Assembly: GCF_003367075.2 (NCBI RefSeq) | Contig: NZ_CP065936.1 | Location: forward strand, 30,001 to 62,000 | Direction: 5' to 3' | Origin: Cylindrospermopsis raciborskii Cr2010 | GTDB lineage: Bacteria; Cyanobacteriota; Cyanobacteriia; Cyanobacteriales; Nostocaceae | Length of the DNA stretch: 32,000 bases | Shown here: in pieces, positions 30,086 through 32,000 of the stretch | Layout: the number at the start of each line of letters is the position of its first letter | How positions within the stretch are numbered: position 1 is the first letter of the stretch | Position numbers and translations under genes: made by a program | The notes under the pieces: model-generated | The model's database searches: none | What the model saw: the letters and a program-made list of their open reading frames with translations, nothing else | Told to the model about the DNA's origin: nothing

Positions 30086-30126
30086 TGTTTTGCACCTTTA
30101 ATTAATTGTTGTTAGTTAGATTTTTC

Positions 30127-30152
30127 TAGCAGAACATATTGTTGTTCTGCTA
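30127..30152. repeat. Hairpin TAGCAGAAC-N8-GTTCTGCTA in the 83-bp gvpA spacer; second copy at 30426-30451
   Basis: Perfect 9-bp arms at 30127-30135 / 30144-30152, repeated at +299 bp. Confidence 0.7.
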
Positions 30153-30168
30153 AATCAAAGTCAGAAAA

Positions 30169-30384
30169 TTAAGCAGGTACAGCTGCGGATTGGGTCAATC
30201 CTACTGCTTCTGCATACTTCAAGTAGGTTTCTACGGAAGCAATAACGATACGAGCTTCAACTGCTAGTAGTTCGATACCTACTAAGGATACACGAACCCA
30301 AGCATCTACTACGATACCTTTGTCTAAAATTCTGTCGATTACTTCTGCCAAGCTAGAGGAAGAATTGGTCTTTTCAACTGCCAT
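30169..30384 (-). CDS. gvpA: Gas vesicle structural protein GvpA
   Basis: 71 aa, protein identical to the other copies. Confidence 0.98.
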   Translation of the reverse strand: MAVEKTNSSSSLAEVIDRILDKGIVVDAWVRVSLVGIELLAVEARIVIASVETYLKYAEAVGLTQSAAVPA

Positions 30385-30467
30385 TGTTTTGCACCTTTAA
30401 TTAATTGTTGTTAGTTAGATTTTTCTAGCAGAACATATTGTTGTTCTGCTAAATCAAAGTCAGAAAA

Positions 30468-30683
30468 TTAAGCAGGTACAGCTGCGGATTGGGTCAATCC
30501 TACTGCTTCTGCATACTTCAAGTAGGTTTCTACGGAAGCAATAACGATACGAGCTTCAACTGCTAATAGTTCAATACCTACTAAGGATACACGAACCCAA
30601 GCATCTACTACGATACCTTTGTCTAAAATTCTGTCAATTACTTCTGCCAAGCTAGAGGAAGAATTGGTCTTTTCAACTGCCAT
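30468..30683 (-). CDS. gvpA: Gas vesicle structural protein GvpA
   Basis: 71 aa, protein identical to the other copies. Confidence 0.98.
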   Translation of the reverse strand: MAVEKTNSSSSLAEVIDRILDKGIVVDAWVRVSLVGIELLAVEARIVIASVETYLKYAEAVGLTQSAAVPA

Positions 30684-30790
30684 TGTTTTGCACCTTTAAT
30701 TAATTGTTGTTTTCTGGAAACACTGGGCAGAACAACCAGTTTTTTTCTAGCTTGCCCTGCCTTAGTAAATAAAATTACGAATCAAAAAAA

Positions 30791-31006
30791 TTAAGCAGGT
30801 ACAGCTGCGGATTGGGTCAATCCTACTGCTTCTGCATACTTCAAGTAGGTTTCTACGGAAGCGATAACGATACGAGCTTCAACTGCTAATAGTTCAATAC
30901 CTACTAAGGATACACGAACCCAAGCATCTACTACGATACCTTTGTCTAAAATTCTGTCAATTACTTCTGCCAAGCTGGAGGAAGAATTAGTTTTTTCAAC
31001 TGCCAT
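30791..31006 (-). CDS. gvpA: Gas vesicle structural protein GvpA
   Basis: 71 aa, protein identical to the other copies. Confidence 0.98.
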   Translation of the reverse strand: MAVEKTNSSSSLAEVIDRILDKGIVVDAWVRVSLVGIELLAVEARIVIASVETYLKYAEAVGLTQSAAVPA

Positions 31007-31113
31007 TGTTTTGCACCTTTAACTCATTGTTGTTTTCTGGAACCACTGGGCAGAACAACCAGTTTTTTTCTAGTTTGCCCTGCCTTAGTAAATAAAATTA
31101 CGAATCAAAAAAA

Positions 31114-31329
31114 TTAAGCAGGTACAGCTGCGGATTGGGTCAATCCTACTGCTTCTGCATACTTCAAGTAGGTTTCTACGGAAGCAATAACGATACGAGC
31201 TTCAACTGCTAATAGTTCAATACCTACTAAGGATACACGAACCCAAGCATCTACTACGATACCTTTGTCTAGGATTCTGTCGATTACTTCTGCCAAGCTG
31301 GAGGAAGAATTGGTTTTTTCAACTGCCAT
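31114..31329 (-). CDS. gvpA: Gas vesicle structural protein GvpA, promoter-proximal copy
   Basis: 71 aa, protein identical to the other copies. Confidence 0.98.
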   Translation of the reverse strand: MAVEKTNSSSSLAEVIDRILDKGIVVDAWVRVSLVGIELLAVEARIVIASVETYLKYAEAVGLTQSAAVPA

Positions 31330-31374
31330 TGTTTTGCACCTTTAACTCATTGTTGTTTTTGTTGACTGAACCTA

Positions 31375-31380
31375 ATTATA
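31375..31380 (-). promoter_or_regulatory. Possible -10 element (TATAAT on the minus strand) upstream of the first gvpA
   Basis: ATTATA on the plus strand, about 45 nt upstream of the first gvpA ATG. No good -35 at the right spacing. Confidence 0.35.
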
Positions 31381-32000
31381 ACAACCTAACTGACTAACAC
31401 GGAGAGGAATCGGGTGAAACAACTCATTTGAGTGCTTACCCCAAACCGGTTTTGACCTGGAAGATTGTTTTGGTGGTTCACATAAATATGAATACCACTA
31501 TTTGTTTTTGATGTAAAGCATTTCCAATTGAAAAACAAAAAACTTTACAATTGTTATGGGTGTCATTCTATACTCTTAATAGAAATTACTTATTGTTTGT
31601 ACTTGCATTTATTACATTGATAAAGAAAATGATTCAAATATGAGAAGGTAAAATTTTACTTTCTTAACTGTATACAAATCCATATTTATACTGAAAATAT
31701 TACAAGTAAAATACATTTCTATTGTAATGTAAACTATAAAAAAGCACGAATTATCTAGTTAAATACTTTGAGTATAATATTTTCATACATAGTAGTATTT
31801 GTCAGATTTGAATAGAAGAAATTAGAGTTTACGAATCCCAACCTTCACTGCAGTGATTACTTTCCTGAGAATTTGGTTCAATTTCCCAACAGCTCTAATA
31901 TAACTTGTTTAAAATTCTAGCTAGTAGAATGGTGTAAGGTCTCGAGTCATACTAATGAAATTTATTATGTAAAATTAGGCGCGGTTAATTTAATAAATGT

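Larger units (their letters stand above)
29870..31345 (-). repeat. Tandem array of five gvpA units, period 299 bp (units 1-3) and 323 bp (units 3-5)
   Basis: ORF starts at 29870, 30169, 30468, 30791 and 31114. Each CDS is preceded by the conserved leader TTAAAGGTGCAAAACA-ATG (minus strand). Confidence 0.95.

Noticed and set aside
29870-31345. CRISPR-like regular repeat structure
   Set aside because: The repeated units are complete 216-bp gvpA genes with leaders at 299/323-bp period, not 25-40-bp repeats with unique spacers. No cas genes are visible.

Overview
This is a 32 kb chromosomal window from a gas-vacuolate filamentous cyanobacterium. I infer Nostocales from NtcA, the gap1-pyk-tal gene order, HIP1 octamers (GCGATCGC), and a GvpA that I recall as the typical cyanobacterial sequence. 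The left two-thirds are mostly housekeeping genes. They are a SNF2 helicase running off the left edge, pnp, a DUF3146-like protein, a YqgF/RuvX-like nuclease, a DUF3084-like coiled-coil protein, ntcA, fabI, hisB, an orphan ABC ATPase, an SLBB polysaccharide-export protein, a beta-barrel-like protein, gap1, pyk, tal and a four-ACT-domain aspartate kinase. The right third (about 24-31.3 kb) is a gas vesicle cluster on the minus strand: five protein-identical gvpA copies, gvpC with five 33-residue repeats, then gvpN, gvpJ, gvpK, gvpF/L, gvpG, a gvpV-like gene on the opposite strand, and a gvpW-like gene. Immediately downstream, on the same strand and each after a 38-bp gap, are a two-domain ArsA/Get3-type ATPase and a double-AAA CDC48-type ATPase with a non-canonical N-terminus. 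The best candidates for something under-described are: this ATPase pair as an assembly or chaperone arm of the gas vesicle system; the inverted gvpV with its own promoter and a terminator-like region that would split the operon; the mosaic gvpA array with two spacer types and hairpins; and the structured gvpC-gvpN intergenic region.
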